Assembly: GCF_009914755.1 (NCBI RefSeq)
Contig: NC_060947.1
Direction: 5' to 3' (one strand)
Source: the human T2T-CHM13v2.0 reference genome, Homo sapiens
Length of the DNA stretch: 64,000 nucleotides
Shown here piece by piece: positions 1 to 14,013 of this stretch (its first letter is position 1; each line of letters starts with the position of its first letter). The position numbers were made by a program, and so were the translations under genes. Below the pieces are notes generated by a model that was given only the letters and a program-made list of their open reading frames with translations, was not told the origin of the DNA and did no database searches.

Positions 1-2779
1 TACACTCTCTTCATCTCTGTCAGACTCTGGAGGCTGCAGGCAAGGGCTAGTTAGCTGCCCAAGCCCCTTTGGTGCATGGACAGGAAATTGGCACATGCAC
101 TGTATGTGCTCACTTTTCACCTACACAGGCTCATGGGTAGAGCTGGACACTCTCTGGAAAGAAAGAAACCTCCCAAGCCACTGATGTCAAAGGCAGGAAT
201 GCCTCTAGGGTACTTCTAGGCAAGAGTCCAAGGGCCCTGCCTGGGCTAAACTACACAGGCCCCTCACTGACCTGGCATCCTGGATGCCACTTCTGCCATT
301 GATGCCACACTGGCAACGGGAGGGAGGAAGACTTCCTACTTGCCTCCTCAGTAGCCCAGGGTAAGAAGTAGCCTCCTCTCCTGCCCCGAACCAAATGGTC
401 CCTGCCTGGGGACACCCTGGCCTATTTTCTTAGCTCCTTAGCAGTAAGCCAACCGCCTAGGCCCTTTTTCTACCTAGAGAGATTTCCCTTAGATTTCCTG
501 GTGCTTATGCATGTTCTACCCTCTCTGCCCAAGTTCCTTAGAGGCATACAACAGGCACTCAAAGGAAGCTCCTTGATGGCGTAAGAGACAGAAATTGATA
601 AGGCCAAGTATTGCCTGATCCCCAGCCCTTGAATGCTGACAGTGAAAGTTTTCCAAAGGGCCAAGAGCTGACCATATCCCTTGGCCTTGGCACATATGCC
701 ATCCCTGAGGGTGGTAGTGGTTAGGCCTCATTTGGAGGATGATGGTGGATGAGGGGGCACAGGGATGGGACAAGCCACAGAACAACTTGCCATCTTCTAG
801 TGAACAGCAGGAGCAGAGACAAAGCCTCCTCCAACTCTGACACTTTGTTTCCAGGCCACCAACCCTATCTCAAGGTTAGCTCATAGTTAGAGGCAGCCAC
901 AAGCCCAGCCAATCATCCTGCTTTGAAGAACCATCTACAATTTTTTGAAGAGATAATAATGTGGCCTTTGTCTTTCTCCTCCTCTCATTCTCACTTTCCC
1001 TGTCCTCTAGTCCTTTATGTGGTCATTTTCTGGCCCTTCTCCAAAAAGGAAAAAAAAGGGCACCACCAAGCTAGGCTGAAGAGATGATTGAGGCAGACCT
1101 GTTCCTCTTGTGAGCTGGCTGCTCCATGGGGCCTGGTAGTGAGGCCAAGACAGCAGATGGGAGTCCCTCTGCCTCCTCCTTCCTCGAGGAAAGGTTTACA
1201 AAGCTTACTCCCTCCCAAGTGTCTTGGGTGTACCCACTGCAGGAGCTAATGAAAGTGGATGTGATCCCATCCACCACCTGGATACCGGTACAGGCCCTAA
1301 GTGGGCAGACACACACCATGCTGGTAAGGGTGCCATTTGTCCAAAGCAGGCAGATGGATTCAGCAGCTGCCTAGGTCACCTGCCAGGTCTGGACTGGGCC
1401 AGGGGCTTTTGGCACCAGCTTCAACAACTTGGACCCTTTCTCAGGACTCTGAGCCAAGGAAAGTTCTCCAGAAACTGAGAAGCCCATCCCATCCTCTTCC
1501 CCAAGCTTGACACTAGGAGAAAACTTTCAGTCAAATATTTCTGTCATGACAAAGACCTCCAAAGGTCATCTTATCCATCCCCCAGGCTCCAGACTAGAAA
1601 ATTTTTCTTTCAACCTGGTTAGTCAACCCTTTCCTGCCATGCTTATGCATTCTGGTCTCAAAGAAGGCACCGTGAGTCCCTGTGCTCCAGTGGTATTTGT
1701 TTTGGATGCTGGGAGCCATGTATGCCGGCTTCTAAGAGCGGAATGGGGATCCTCCGGGGAAGGTGAGAATGGAGTCACGTGGCAGAGCCAGCAGGGCAGG
1801 GGGCACCCGGGGGCCCAGTGCCTCTCTCCTGCTAAGGATTGACTGCCTCTGCCTTTCTGGCCGCCTGCCTGCATCTCAGTTTCTAAGCAGAGCCTGGAGC
1901 CTGGCCTAGGGAGCAATGCGAGTCCCAGCCCAAGGCCTTCTGAGAGCAGCAGAGCGGAGCAGCCCCAATCAGCCTTTGGCTGCCTTGCTTCCTGCAGGTG
2001 GAAAAATCATCCTATTTATCCCCAAATGGATTTGTCGACTTGAACAACAAACAGACACAGAAACACACATGGAGTCATAGACATATGTGCAAAAATGGAT
2101 CCAGAGATGCACATACAGTCTTTATGTCTGCCTCTCTCTCTCTGCCTCTGCCTCTCTGTCTCTATGACTTTGTCTCTGTGTCTCTGCCTTTGTCTGTCTC
2201 TGTCTCTCTTTCTTTCCCTCTCCCTCTTTCAACTCTTTCTCTCACTCACCCTTTCCCAAGGCCCCTCCTGCCTGCATTACAGCATTTATCAAAGTGGCCT
2301 GACCTCATGTTGTAAAAATATACAGCATGGAACAAAATCCACCTTAAACTCTCTTCTAAATATATTAAAATAATAGGAATTCTCATCTGCCTGATTGAAT
2401 TTGCTGCTTGATATTAGAAGCATGCCAGGCCCTTCCGGGCCCAGTCAGGGGCAGGGAGGGGCTGGGATTCCCTGCCTGACTCCTCTCTCTTGGCCAACAG
2501 CTCTGCTCCTTTGGGTGGGCGGGGCCAGAGTGAAGGAGTTGGAGCTGTGTTCTGGCCAAGAGACCTTGGGCGGCCACCTCAGCCAACAGCCAGCAGCTAG
2601 CACAATCCACTGAGCACGTGCAGACAAACACTGTGATTTCTCTGGCCCACACAGCACCCCATCTTGGTCTGGAAGCTGGGAGCCCCTGCCCCTGCTCCCA
2701 TCTGCACCAGTGCTCACAAGCCGTCCTGGAGGGACTCCCGGGTTTCGCTAACGGCCACATCTGTGGCCCATGGGACCAG

Positions 2780-2890
2780 AAGCTTCTTGAAGGCAGGGAC
2801 CATATGTTGCTCTTTTCTGTATCACCAGGATCTAAAATGTCCTGGTACAAATAAAAGCTTAGGGGAAACATTTGTTGAATAAGCAGATTA
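2780..2890 (+). mobile_element. L2 3' end fragment
   Basis: ttgaaggcagggaccatatgt...cctggtacaaa...catttgttgaat resembles the L2 3' terminus. Confidence 0.6.
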
Positions 2891-3022
2891 ATTCATTTAT
2901 TCATTCAACTTATATTTATTGAATACTTAGTAAGGGCCCAGTGCTGATCTAAGCACTGGGAACACAGCAAAAAAAACAAATAGATGTCAAATCCTGCCTT
3001 CATGCAGCTTTTATTCTAATGA
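2891..3022 (-). mobile_element. L2 3' end fragment, tail-to-tail with the previous one
   Basis: attcatttattcattcaac..tatttattgaatac...aagcactgggaacacagc...cctgccttcatgcagctt is the reverse complement of an L2 end. Confidence 0.7.
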
Positions 3023-3542
3023 ATAAATAAACTGGCCCACTCAGCCCACAAGAAAAGATAACCACCACCCTGGGTCATGCTTCCCCTCCAGGTCTCTTGC
3101 TCCTTCATGGAGCAAACCATCCAACGTGCAAAATCTTATACTCTGCTTTTCAGAGGTACAGCAGATGCCTCATCATGGCTTGCTCAGGACTTGGATACCA
3201 GCCTACTGGCAATTTAGGGCAACACTGTGCAGGCAGAGGAAAGGATGGGGCAGGGGCCTGGCATGAGACTCCCATACTTGCTTAGGATGGGGGCTGGGGA
3301 GTAGGTCTGACTAGCGGTGAAGGGGGCTCCCTGGTGGACAAAGTTTGGTGCCAAAGGGCAGGGGCACAGTCAACAGTGGGCCTTGAGGTTCCAAGAGGAA
3401 GTAGTCACAGGATATTAATCAGATGGGGCAATGCTGCTGCAGGGAGTCAGCTACAGTTGGATTTAGCGTCTGGAAGAAGAGCAAGTGTCATGTAGAGAAG
3501 GGCCCCAGGGTGGAATGCGGAGAAATGAAAGGTTGGTACAAG

Positions 3543-3735
3543 TAATGTTGTGCTGGTAAATATTTAACAGCTTGCTCACGGGGAGGGGAAAAAAATCTCT
3601 GATTTGTAGTGTTGCCAATTGCCATGGTATAAATACTCCCACAGTGGCTGAATTCAAGCTATGAATATGACATCACTGGATACAGCTTTGTAAAGAGATA
3701 TGCACATGCAGTTCTCATGAGCCAATGTGAGCCTT
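3543..3735. mobile_element. MER63-like hAT-Blackjack DNA transposon MITE
   Basis: gtgctggtaaatatttaaca...gatttgtagtgttgccaattgccatggtataaatactcccac...ttcaagcta...catcactg matches recalled MER63A. Confidence 0.7.
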
Positions 3736-3904
3736 GGCCTGGGCTGGGGGTCAGAATCAGAAATTTATTTATTGGAGGGGGACTGGCCAGTAGATGGAGG
3801 ATGAGTGGTGACTGAGGTTGCTTGTGTCATACGGCCTCTGCCTGCACTGGCTTGGAGATCTGTAGGCTGATTTGACACCTGCAGAGGAAGGAGAATACGA
3901 GTGG

Positions 3905-3907
<3 letters not shown>

Positions 3908-3948
<41 letters not shown>
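3908..3948. repeat. (GT)n microsatellite
   Basis: about 20 perfect GT units. Confidence 0.97.
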
Positions 3949-3951
<3 letters not shown>

Positions 3952-4010
3952 TGTAAGTGACTGGGGGTCATGGAGAAATACTGATAATTTTGATCCTTAA
4001 AATGATAGCC

Positions 4011-4301
4011 AGTCGGGTTCAGTGGCTCACACCTGTATTCCCAGAGCTTTGGGAGGCCAAGGCAGGTGAACCATTTAAGCCCAGGAGTTCAAGACCAGCC
4101 TAAGCAACATAGCAAGACACTGTCTCTACAAAAAAATAAAAAAATTAGCCAGATGTGGTGGCATATGCCTGTGGTCCCAGCTATGTGGGAAGATAGCTTG
4201 AGCTAAGAAGGTGGAGGCTGCAGTGAGCTGTGTTTGCACCACTTCACTCTAGCCTGGGCAACACAGTGAAACGCCATCTCATTAAAAAAAAAAAAAAAAA
4301 A
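4011..4301 (+). mobile_element. AluJ-like SINE with small right-arm deletion
   Basis: dimeric Alu, A-rich linker, poly(A) tail, degenerate TSD aaaatgatagcc/aaaagataaccc. Confidence 0.92.
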
Positions 4302-4309
4302 GATAACCC

Positions 4310-4500
4310 CACTTCTATGTAGTGCTTTTCTGTGCCAGGCCCTGTGTAAGCATTTTGCATGTATTCATTTACTTGACCTCAAAACCACCCTGTGAGGTAG
4401 GTTGCTATTATTATCTCAGTTTTACAGATGGGGAAAATGAGGCACAGACAGATTAAGTAACTATCACATGTCACATAGCAGTCTGGCTCCAGTCTGCTTT
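4310..4500 (-). mobile_element. MIR SINE
   Basis: tgtgccaggc...ccctgtgaggtagg...ttttacagatggggaaaatgaggcacaga core. Confidence 0.85.
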
Positions 4501-5544
4501 CAGTCGCTATGTTGCACTGCCTCTTGTCTTACTTCCCTAATGGAATCTTCTTGAAGTAGACCTCTTGCCTGGGCCCGTAGTACCCAACAGGGCTCTCTGG
4601 CCTGGCCTGCTGCTCCTAAAATGCTTCCTTCCACCCATTTCTCTAGAACGTTCCTGCCAGCTGGGGCAGCTGCATGTGACCTCTCTGGGCCTGACGCCAC
4701 CCACACCCCAGCAGACTCAGCTCTCAGCTTTATTCTTTGTGACAGTGAGACCTGGGACGATGATATGTGTGTGTCGAGGTGAGGGGTGGCTAAGCATGGG
4801 TGGCCTTTTGGAAGAGGGAGGCAACTCTGTCTGGGAGGAGGAACAGGAAAAGGAAAGAAAATGAGCATGAAACCAGTGGAGGAGGGGTGGAAGCTCCAGT
4901 CTTGCGCTTGGCCCACGCTGCTCTCAGCATTGCTGTGACCTGTACACACACTCAGGGCAACGTGAGGTGGGACTCGCTGAAATGTAAACAGGATGAGAAG
5001 ATATGGGCTTCTGCAGGAGGCTTGTGGAATTGACTCATCATTTATAGCATGTGTGTATGTGTGTGTACATGCACAGGCCTGCTTACACACCCATATTCAA
5101 AAGAGAGACTGTAGCTGAGTGTGATCAGCCAGGTACATTTGTGGGATGCTGTGACTGTGTATGTCAGAAACATTGACGTCCTTGACTCCTGGAATTTCCC
5201 TGGACCTCTGGAAAAACCCAGGGGAGGTTTGGCAAGAGCTCCAGAGAATGTCTGAGAGGGTGCCGAGAGGGCCAGACTGGCTCTAGGAGGGGCTTTCCTC
5301 TGTGCTGAGATTACCAGCCCTCCTCCTACCCCTATGAGACAGCAGTCCTCAGCCTCCAGCACATGCCTGGAGAGTGGTGAGGCATTTCCTCTGAGCCTTA
5401 CTCCGCAAAGGGAAGAGACAAGACGTCTGAGGAAAAGCTTGTGAGGAAACACCTGGGGTGAGCACCTGGACTGGCCTGGACTTGGCTGTCCCCGTTGTTG
5501 CCTAGAGCCTCAGGAACAATCCCAACGTCCCAGCTCTCTCCCAA

Positions 5545-5700
5545 CCATGTGGTGTAGAGGAAGGAGAAAGGCCTTTGCAGTCCATCGGGATCTGGATTTT
5601 AACCCTTCCTCCATCACGTACCTGTCTTGGGACCTTGAGCCACCTCCCTCACAAGACTGAGCCTCTGTCTCCTCATCTATAAAGAGGCGTTATCTGTGTC
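5545..5700 (+). mobile_element. MIR SINE
   Basis: gtggtgtagaggaag...gaccttgagc...ctgagcctctgtctcctcatctataaa. Confidence 0.65.
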
Positions 5701-6039
5701 CATAGAGAGCTTTCTAGGCATGAGGACAAGAGATGTTGGGTTAATCTGAAACAGTGGGTATGAATAAGGAGGACTAGTACTCAGGCACTGGGTTTGGGGC
5801 CTGTCAATCATCTGTTGATGTGTAAATAAAGAAGAGTCCAGCAAAGGGTCAAGTGCAGGATGGAAGACCCTTTCCCATCCTTCTTGCCCTAAGAGAGAGG
5901 AAGAGCTTCTGGAAACCCAGATTCTTGGCCTGGGAAGAGGTTGCTTTCAGTATCTGCCCACAGAAGGGGAAAGAGGAAGTGAGTATAACTGAAAGCTCTT
6001 TGAGAACAGGGACTGGCCCTCCTGTTCATTTCTGTGGCC

Positions 6040-6290
6040 CCCCTTCCCCCAGTTACCTAGCACTGGGCTTGGCAGAACATAGGCGCTCTGGCCACATTTA
6101 TGAACTAAATATACAATCTCATTTGCAACCTCACAGCAACCCAATGGGATAGTTACTATCATCCTCCATTTTACAGTCATAAAGTGAGGGCCAGGAAGGC
6201 GAATGCATCTGCTCAGGGTCAAACTAGCTGTAGTAGCACAGCAGGGATGCAGTCTGTGTAACACAAGTCCATTCTTGTTCCATTGCACCA
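6040..6290 (-). mobile_element. MIR SINE
   Basis: cctcacagcaacccaatgggatag..catcctccattttacag...ctgctcagggtca. Confidence 0.7.
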
Positions 6291-7799
6291 CTCTGCTGTC
6301 TTCACCCCTAACTCTCTGTGATGCTGCCCTGATCAACACTCTGGCTGGTGGGGAAGGCCACTGGGTCAAATGGAGAGCCCCACAGGCAGAGATTGGTGAG
6401 GGGTGTGGGTGACAAAATTTCAGGCCACTCCTGACTTGAGCTGGATCCTAGCTGTTCTATTGCCACAAGTGTCCTAGGATCTCAGAGTGTGCTAGTAGTG
6501 GGCAAGACCACCTCTGATGAACACATACAATGAGGGACTATGGGGCAATGAGATGTTGGGAAAGGGAAAGGAAAAGGTGTGGGAAAGGACAACTGCTGAA
6601 AATAGCAGAGACAGGCACCCTGGCCTTCCTGGTTATCTATTGTATCTAAAGATACAATAAAGTACTTTGAGGTTCTTCCTGGAGTCTATCATAAGTCCTT
6701 CCTGCTGCTATCTAAACCCATTCTTTCTAGCTTTATTGCATCTGGGCTTCTATACAAACAACTTTTTACTGTACTTTAAATAACATCCTTTCAGGGGCTC
6801 TGGCCGGCAAAGAAAACTCCTCTACTCAAGCCAAGAGTGAGGAGAACTTGCACCAACTCTACCCAAGGAAATCAATTGCCGAACTCATTGCCTAAAGGGG
6901 CCTGAGTAAAAAGAGCCCTGGACTCAGCTTCTGGCTCTCCCAGTGACTGTCTGTAACTTTGGACATGTTATTTGGGCATTCTGTGCCCCAGTTCCCACAT
7001 GTAGAGTAGGTATTATCCATTGACCTCCTATCTTAGGAGCATGGCAAACAGTCACTGCTCAATAATCAGAGTTGTGGTCTGGTGATAACATGAATCTGCA
7101 TCTTCATGGAATTCCGCTCACTGATTCCTGCGCCTTTGACTTGCCTTGGCTGAGAGTTTACACATCAAGTCTAGCCCTCAGCTCCAGCCCTCGGCTTGTA
7201 CCTGCACAGTTCTGGGAGGCCTGCGTAGTGCCCTGCGCTACCCCAGGAGCCGCCTATGCCTGAGCAGTATCTCCTCCCAGCCTTCCGGCTCCACGATTCT
7301 TTCCCAGTGGCCACCCTGACTTCTACAGCTCCGCAGCTGCTCTCTGTACAATATGACTGCCCCATCTTCTGTTTCTCTGAAAGCTCCTAGGATTGCTTTT
7401 TAGCCAGGGACCCCTGAGTCACATACCCAGGCCTCCAGTGTTCAGAAGCCATGTCAATGCATCCAGCTCTGAATTTACATTTGCATTTCCAAAGCCCAAT
7501 TTACATTACAATTATTCCTGTCTTGCCATGCAGGGGGACTCCACACATATTTTGGGGGAGGCCTTCTGGCCAACTCTAAGGATTGACAATCACATCTTCT
7601 TGGGCCTCATTCCCCTAGCACTAGGGCTTTTTTTCTTGGTTTCTTAGAGTGACCACACAACCATATCTTTCATTCTTACTCCTTTTCCAGGTAGGAAGTA
7701 TATCTGGGCCACTCTAACCAACAGGGCTGAACCCACTTAACAGTCCTTGTCATGGTATTCTGTCCCATTCCTGACTCCAACCAGTTGGAATACAAAGGA

Positions 7800-8550
7800 T
7801 ATACATTTTGTGCATCAATTTAGCAAAAATTTAAAATAGTGGCCAAGGTTGCGGTGAGATGGGCAATCTCATGTACTGCTGGTGGAAGTGTAAATTGGTA
7901 TAGCCTTTTTGGCAGGCAATTTGGAAATATCAAGACCCTTAAAAACAGGTATACATTGTGACTCGATAATTACCCTTACAGGAACTGACACTAAAGAAAT
8001 ATCTGCAAATTTGGATTAAAATATATGTAAAAGCAATTCATAAAAACAGTAATAAGCTAAATGTCCACCATAAGAAAATTAAATACATACAATTATCTAC
8101 AATTTATAAGGATATTATGGAGGAAAAATTTGCTCATGCTATAACGTTAAGCTAAAATATGAAGAATACCAAATCATAGATACAGCATGATCCTGATTTT
8201 TTGTTTTTACTAACAGTAAACGTTCATATAAAAAGACTAGAAGGAAATTAACCAATTGTTAACAGTGTCTGACTCTAGGTGGTGGGATTATAGTGGATTA
8301 TAATAATAAAAGCTAACACTTGTATAGCGCTTTTCTCAGCACTTTACATATATTTATATACACTTACTCCTTATATCTATCCTACAGGAGAAATACCATA
8401 TTATCCCCATTTTGCAGATGAGGAGACAGAAGTGGAGAGAGGTGAAGTGACTTGCTCAACATCACACAGTTGGTAATTTTCTTCTTTGTAATTGTCATTC
8501 TCCAGATTCTCCACTATGAGTATGTTTGACTTTTATAATCAGAACAAAAA
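7800..8550 (+). mobile_element. L1ME-type old LINE 3' end, interrupted by a minus-strand MIR (~8300-8470)
   Basis: ctgctggtggaagtgtaaattggtatagcctttttgg...aacagtgtctgactctaggtggtgggatta; resumes after the MIR with ttttataatcagaa. Confidence 0.75.
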
Positions 8551-10876
8551 TGCACAGGGATAAGCTTTGTTAAGAAAAATTGAAGGGTACTGTGGCTTAC
8601 AGGGCCTCCTTGGCCCAGCTGGAGACAGCTCTACTGAGCAGCCAGTTTTTATGTGGCACTGCAGGTCTTGGGGTCTTTGTGATCTTCTCTTGGCCTATCC
8701 TGTCTGGCCACAGCCCACCGCTCAGGGCCTGCCCCTCTCCTGCTTGATATGCCTCATGGCTAATGCCCCACCTCCCCACCTACTGGCCTTTGTCCCTTGC
8801 AGGGAAAGCCTACTTTGCTAGCTGGACGCTCACCTCTACTGTCCATCCCTGGAATAGCAGAGGCTGGCAGTGGGCTGGCTTTGCCTACCAGCCCCATCTC
8901 AGGGACATCACCAAGGGGGATGTGGAGGGGGACATTTATCTTCAGGCCCCTGTCCCCGAAGATTCTACAGAGATTTGTTGTTTTCAACTGTAACAGAGAG
9001 GTGGCATTGTCTAGAAAGGGGCTGACCTCCTTACCTTGGCCCTGGGCCCTCTTTACTCTGCAGAGGCCACTGCCCCATCTTTTCCTGGCTTGACCACTGC
9101 TTACACAGGTCACAAGCACTTCTGTGTGGGTGCAAGCATCAGCCACCCAGCTTTCCTGGGATCACACCTGGCTGCAAGCTGGTTCAAGTAAAAATGGAAG
9201 CTCTCTGGAGGGGAGGAGTAACTGCAGCTCTGTGCCTTCTCGTGCCCTCTTCATGCCATGCCCTGGCCACTGTTCCAAATCCAGATTCCAGGAATGTTTA
9301 GCAAGGCCTGCGGGGTGGGATGTGGAGGCTGGTCCCCAGAATATGGGGAGCAAGAAGCGGGCAAGAGGGTGCTATGAGTTCTCTTGCAGGCTGGAGGAGG
9401 AGCAGCAGATCCCACTGTAGGCAGCTTTGCTTCTTGGCCCTCTGGAAGGCAAGAACAAAATGGAGTTTGGGAAAAATAATTGATAGGATGCCTGGGATCT
9501 TGTCCTGGCTTGTCCTCTAACTGTCTGTGTGACCCAAGCAAGGCCCTTCCCTTCTCTGGGCCCCAGAATCCTTCTCTGGAAAATGACAAGAACAGTGATC
9601 CATTTCACTAGGCTGTCATGAGAATCAAGAGACACCTACACAGGATGGGAATGCAGTTTGTATAGTAGAAAACAGGGTGGAATCGTGAGCTGGTTAGGAA
9701 GCTGAGAGATTCTGAGTCAGTACTTTTCCCTCTCCAAGGCTCCATTTCCTTATCTGTGTAAGTACACTGGGGAGTGCGTGCTCTTCAACAACTTTGTGAA
9801 AGCAACGAGCCCATTTCCTATAAAAGTACACAGCAAACAAAGTGTTGCACATGATTTCAGGAAGGCCTTTAATTTCATGGGTCTCTTTTTGGGCCACTTC
9901 CAGGCCAGAAACCCCTGTCCTAGGTGAAGGCTTTAACCCCTTGTCTAGCCAGCTTTCTGGGTGTTAGGCAGCCTCTGCTCACACACCTGTGGTGATAGAG
10001 AACTCACTCCTTGCCAGGTAACTGGTTCCACCCTTGCAGACCTCTGACTTTGCTTATGCTCAGCTGAAATCTGCCTCCCTGGAGGCTTCTCAGAGGCTTC
10101 CCTGCCTAAGGAAGCTGAAAAATGCCTGGGGCCAGGTGTGCTCTGGGCTCTGGGTTATCTGGGCAAGAGCATGACTCAAAGCCAAGTCAGCTACTTTGCT
10201 GCTGCTGCTCCCAGAGGTGGATGCTGGATTTTCTGCCTCATAAAGTTGTCCACCAAGTCACTCTGGAGGCAGCTTGTGGCCGGGCTCTGGCAGCCAGCTG
10301 GTCTGCTCAACTTCCCCCAAGGAAGGGGGCAGCTGGAGGTGGGGTCTTGACAACACCTCTTGCACTAGCCTGCAGCACTCTCAAAACCAGGGTTAAAAGA
10401 CCTACCCCCACCCCCACCATCCCTCCAGCATGGGATGATGTCCTGGTGTGAGCTCAGGAGCTAGAGAGAGCAGGTTTCAACTCAGAGATCCTAATAGTAA
10501 ATACCTCAACCAGGAGCAAGGAGTGTTAAATAAAGTAATGAATGTAATGAACATCAGTTCCCTTCCTCCTGCTGCCCCCTCCCTAGGCCTGTCCATTTCA
10601 GCGGGGCAGAGTTAGTGTGAAGCAACTAGATTGAGCATTTCTTGAGTATTTAGTATGGACCATGTTCTGGGCATGTTAGATCTTGAGAAGAAACCCATCA
10701 ATATGTTCAACTTAATTGCCCAAGTTCACACAGCTGGTAAAGAATGATGAGGAATTTGAACCCAGGTCTGGCTTCCCTAAACACACATTCATAACATGGC
10801 ATCATCCTGCCTCCAGGCAAGGGGTGAAGATGATACCCTCCCACATAAAGCGGCTTCTTTTTTAAGGTTCTTTCAG

Positions 10877-11144
10877 GACCACCATTCAGATTGTTCTAGG
10901 GGAAAAAGAAGCAAAAAGGTTAATGGATTCCCTTAGCCCCCAAATCCTCACCAAATTGTGCATGGAGTAACTTCTCCCTCTCTGCCGACGCCAGCCTTCC
11001 CACGTGTGTGAGACCATTGCTGTGGAAAGAAGCCGGGCCTGACTTCAGGGATCTGGTGTGAAATGACTGGACCCATGCGTTCTGAGTAAACAAGAGAGCC
11101 CCTTCTGGCTTCTCCGGGAGGAACCAAATGGCTTCAGCATTCAG
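10877..11144 (+). ncRNA. putative exon A of a spliced non-coding transcript (5' boundary uncertain)
   Basis: donor CAG|GTAGGC at 11144/11145; possible acceptor ttctttcag ending at 10876; non-repeat sequence with retained CpGs. Confidence 0.4.
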
Positions 11145-11688
11145 GTAGGCAAGAGAGGCCCGTGAAAGGAAGTTTGTTCAGCTCGGATCAAGAGAAACAG
11201 ATACTTCTTGGGTGGCAGGGTGAGGCATTTGGTGGTCTGAGCTGAGGGTAGGAACAGGGTGGAGTACCAGAGAAGCCTGGGGAAGAGGGCGACACAGAGC
11301 TGGAGTAGGGCTTGCCCAAGGCCTCTGGGGCCCTGGGCTGAGAGGGAGATGGGGCTCCTGTGCCTGTCCAGTTTACCCTCTAAGGCACCCTCAGTTAGCC
11401 TCTGCTTCCCTCAGGGCCCGCTCCCCGCCTGGCCAGAGCCTAACTCCACCTCAGAAAAGGCATTCCTGGGCTTTCCCAAGGCAGACCTGGCAGGCCATTG
11501 CCATGGCAGCCAGGGATTGCTGGGAGGAGGAGCAGGAGAGGAGCGACCCGGGAACTGTTCCTGCAGGAAGGCATTTCCTGGGTCCTTCGGTGCCTAACCT
11601 GAGGGGATGTTGCTCTCTGTGGCTTATGGCTGGCAATTGAGGTTATGGCCTTCCTCAGCCCACCCAAGGCCAGTCTCCAGTCTGAATG

Positions 11689-11830
11689 TGGTGTGTGTGT
11701 GCGTGCATGTGTGTGTGTGTGTGTGTATGTGTGTGTATCTGTTAGTCTGTATATGTGTGTGGGTATACCAAACCCCGGGGGGGGCCACATGTGTGTATGG
11801 ATAAGTGTGTATGTGTACACTCATGGGGGT
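11689..11830. repeat. (GT)n/(GTAT)n-rich simple repeat
   Basis: degenerate alternating purine-pyrimidine tract. Confidence 0.85.
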
Positions 11831-12639
11831 ACACAGAGGCCCCACAAGAGCAGGGGCCCTATATGTATGTATGTCTTTGTGAATGTTTCTTGAAACAGTA
11901 GGGAGAGGAGGAGAAAAGACAAAAGCCTTAAATGACTCTGGCTTTTGGAGGAGCCAGCCCAGTGTGGCGGGTGTAGGGAGCGGGCCGGCCAGGGGCCTGA
12001 TTGGAACCAGACTCAGCAAGGAGGGGCTGTAAATGTTTTTTGCTGCCTGTCCTGAGAAATTTATGTCACACCCACTCCATCATCCTGGCGGGGGCAGCTT
12101 CTCCCAGCTGCCTGTGGTTCTGGGCTTTCCAGCGTTACCAGCAACCACTATGGGGGTCCCTGAGCCTCCCTCAGTCCCGGGCTTGGGTGGACCCATCCCA
12201 TAATGTCCTGAGGCTGACAGGGATGCTCCAAGCATGGGTGGATGAAGAGGAGGAGGAGAGAGCCTTCCCACAGAGCCTGAACATGGGGTCGGGAACACAT
12301 TGTGGAGGTGTAGGGAAGAAGAAGACAGGAGAGGGGGCTGTGCTGCATTCAGAATCTCTTCTCTGCCCTCTTCCCCTCTTAATGGGGGATAGAGACCTAC
12401 AGTAGACAAAGAAGGACAAGATGGCCCCTGAAGTAGGTTTCAGAGACCATTTGGTATATGATGAAAACTGAAGCCCAGAGATGAAAAGGGACTTGCTCAA
12501 GGCCGTGCATCAAGGGAGCCAACGGCAGGGCCAAGACTGCAACCCAGCCTCTACCCATCCTGCTCTATGTGGCCTTTCTCTCCACCTCACAGCCAGAGAC
12601 CTGTCTCAACCTAGGATTTGGCCCTGTCTTTTTCTGATC

Positions 12640-13430
12640 ATGTTACTCCATCCTTAAAATCCTCCACTGGCTTCCCTTTGTTCTTAAGAAAAAGACAAGA
12701 CTCCTGACCACAAATTACAGGGTCTGCCTTGATCTAGCCCCTGCGTACCTCTCCAACCACATCTTGTACTAAACTCCCAAGCTCCCTCCTGCCTCTGGGC
12801 CTTTGCACATGCTGTGCCCTCTTCCCGAGTTGATCTTCCTCCTCTTTTTCTGTTATTTGACTCCTACTTCGACTTTAGAACACAGCTCAAGTGTATCTTC
12901 CTCAAGGAAACGTCCACATATGTTCCTGGCTGGGACACATTTTTTCATTTTGTACTCTCATGGCACCATGGACCTCTCCTCCATGGCACTTCTCACTGTT
13001 GCGGTTTTTCTTTTGTTGTGTTACTTTGTGATGAATGGCTACCTTCCCTGCCAGACTCAGAGCTCCATGAGGACAGGAACCACAGCTGCTTTGGCTCGCC
13101 AATACTATCCTAGTGCTCAGGGCAGGCCAGGCAAATGACCACAATAATGACAAGGACATCAGGAGCTAATATTTGAGGCTTACCATGTGCCAGGCGCTCT
13201 TGCAGCTGCATTACTTAGAATAAAAAAATGTGATCACAAACTATTTGAGGTAGTTACTATCATTATCCCCAACATACAGATCAGGAAACTGGGACAGAGA
13301 AGTTAAAGAACTATACCGAGGTCACACAGTGAGTAGTGAAACTGGGATTTGAACCCAGGCAGTGTGGCTCCAGAGCCTGTGTTTTGACCTCTACCACCAT
13401 AAGTGCTCAATAATAAATATTTGTTGATGA
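12640..13430 (+). mobile_element. L2 3' region interrupted by a minus-strand MIR (~13145-13395)
   Basis: cctttgcacatgctgtgccctc...gagctccatgaggacagg; L2 end gtgctcaataataaatatttgttga resumes after MIR core aggaaactggg...ggatttgaacccaggcag. Confidence 0.8.
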
Positions 13431-13969
13431 CATGTTTTTGTCTGAGCCTCCTCAACTTCAATCCTTGAGGGAGTTCCAGCCACTGAGCACCTCCCTGGAT
13501 CTTGGAGTGGTCCCACCCAGAACACCCTGCCACCTCCCCAGGTCACTTCTTCTGAGTCCCCTTTCCTGGCTTCCCCTGTACACACTGCTTGCCTCTGCTA
13601 CTCCCTGGGATAACATGAGAAGTTTCTAGGGCTGGGCAATGTCCCTGGGTTTAGAGAGGTACTTTCCCACGTTGAACACTGGCTCTGGTCATTACATCTC
13701 AACCCAGAGTCCACTGACTTGCTCTCAGCTCTCCAAGCTCAACCCCTTCCCAGCTGTGTGCCAAGCTGATTCACCTCCCTGAGCCTCAGTCTCCCCTTCT
13801 GTGAAATAGAGCTAATCACAGTACTGCACAGTAGGGTTTTGAGGATTCAGTGAGTTTGCCTGTGGGTAGTTTGTATCTGCAAAGCACAAGACCCTTACTA
13901 GTTATCACTTGTGTCATTGTTATTAACAATAAGTAAGATGTAAACTGAAACTTTCTTCATCATTTCTAG

Positions 13970-14013
13970 CTCCAAAGCCCGATGGAGACCAAGAGTGATA
14001 CACTGTACTCATG
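13970..14013 (+). ncRNA. putative 44-nt internal exon B
   Basis: branch-like ctgaa, pyrimidine tract ctttcttcatcatttctag|, donor ATG|GTAGGT. Confidence 0.5.
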
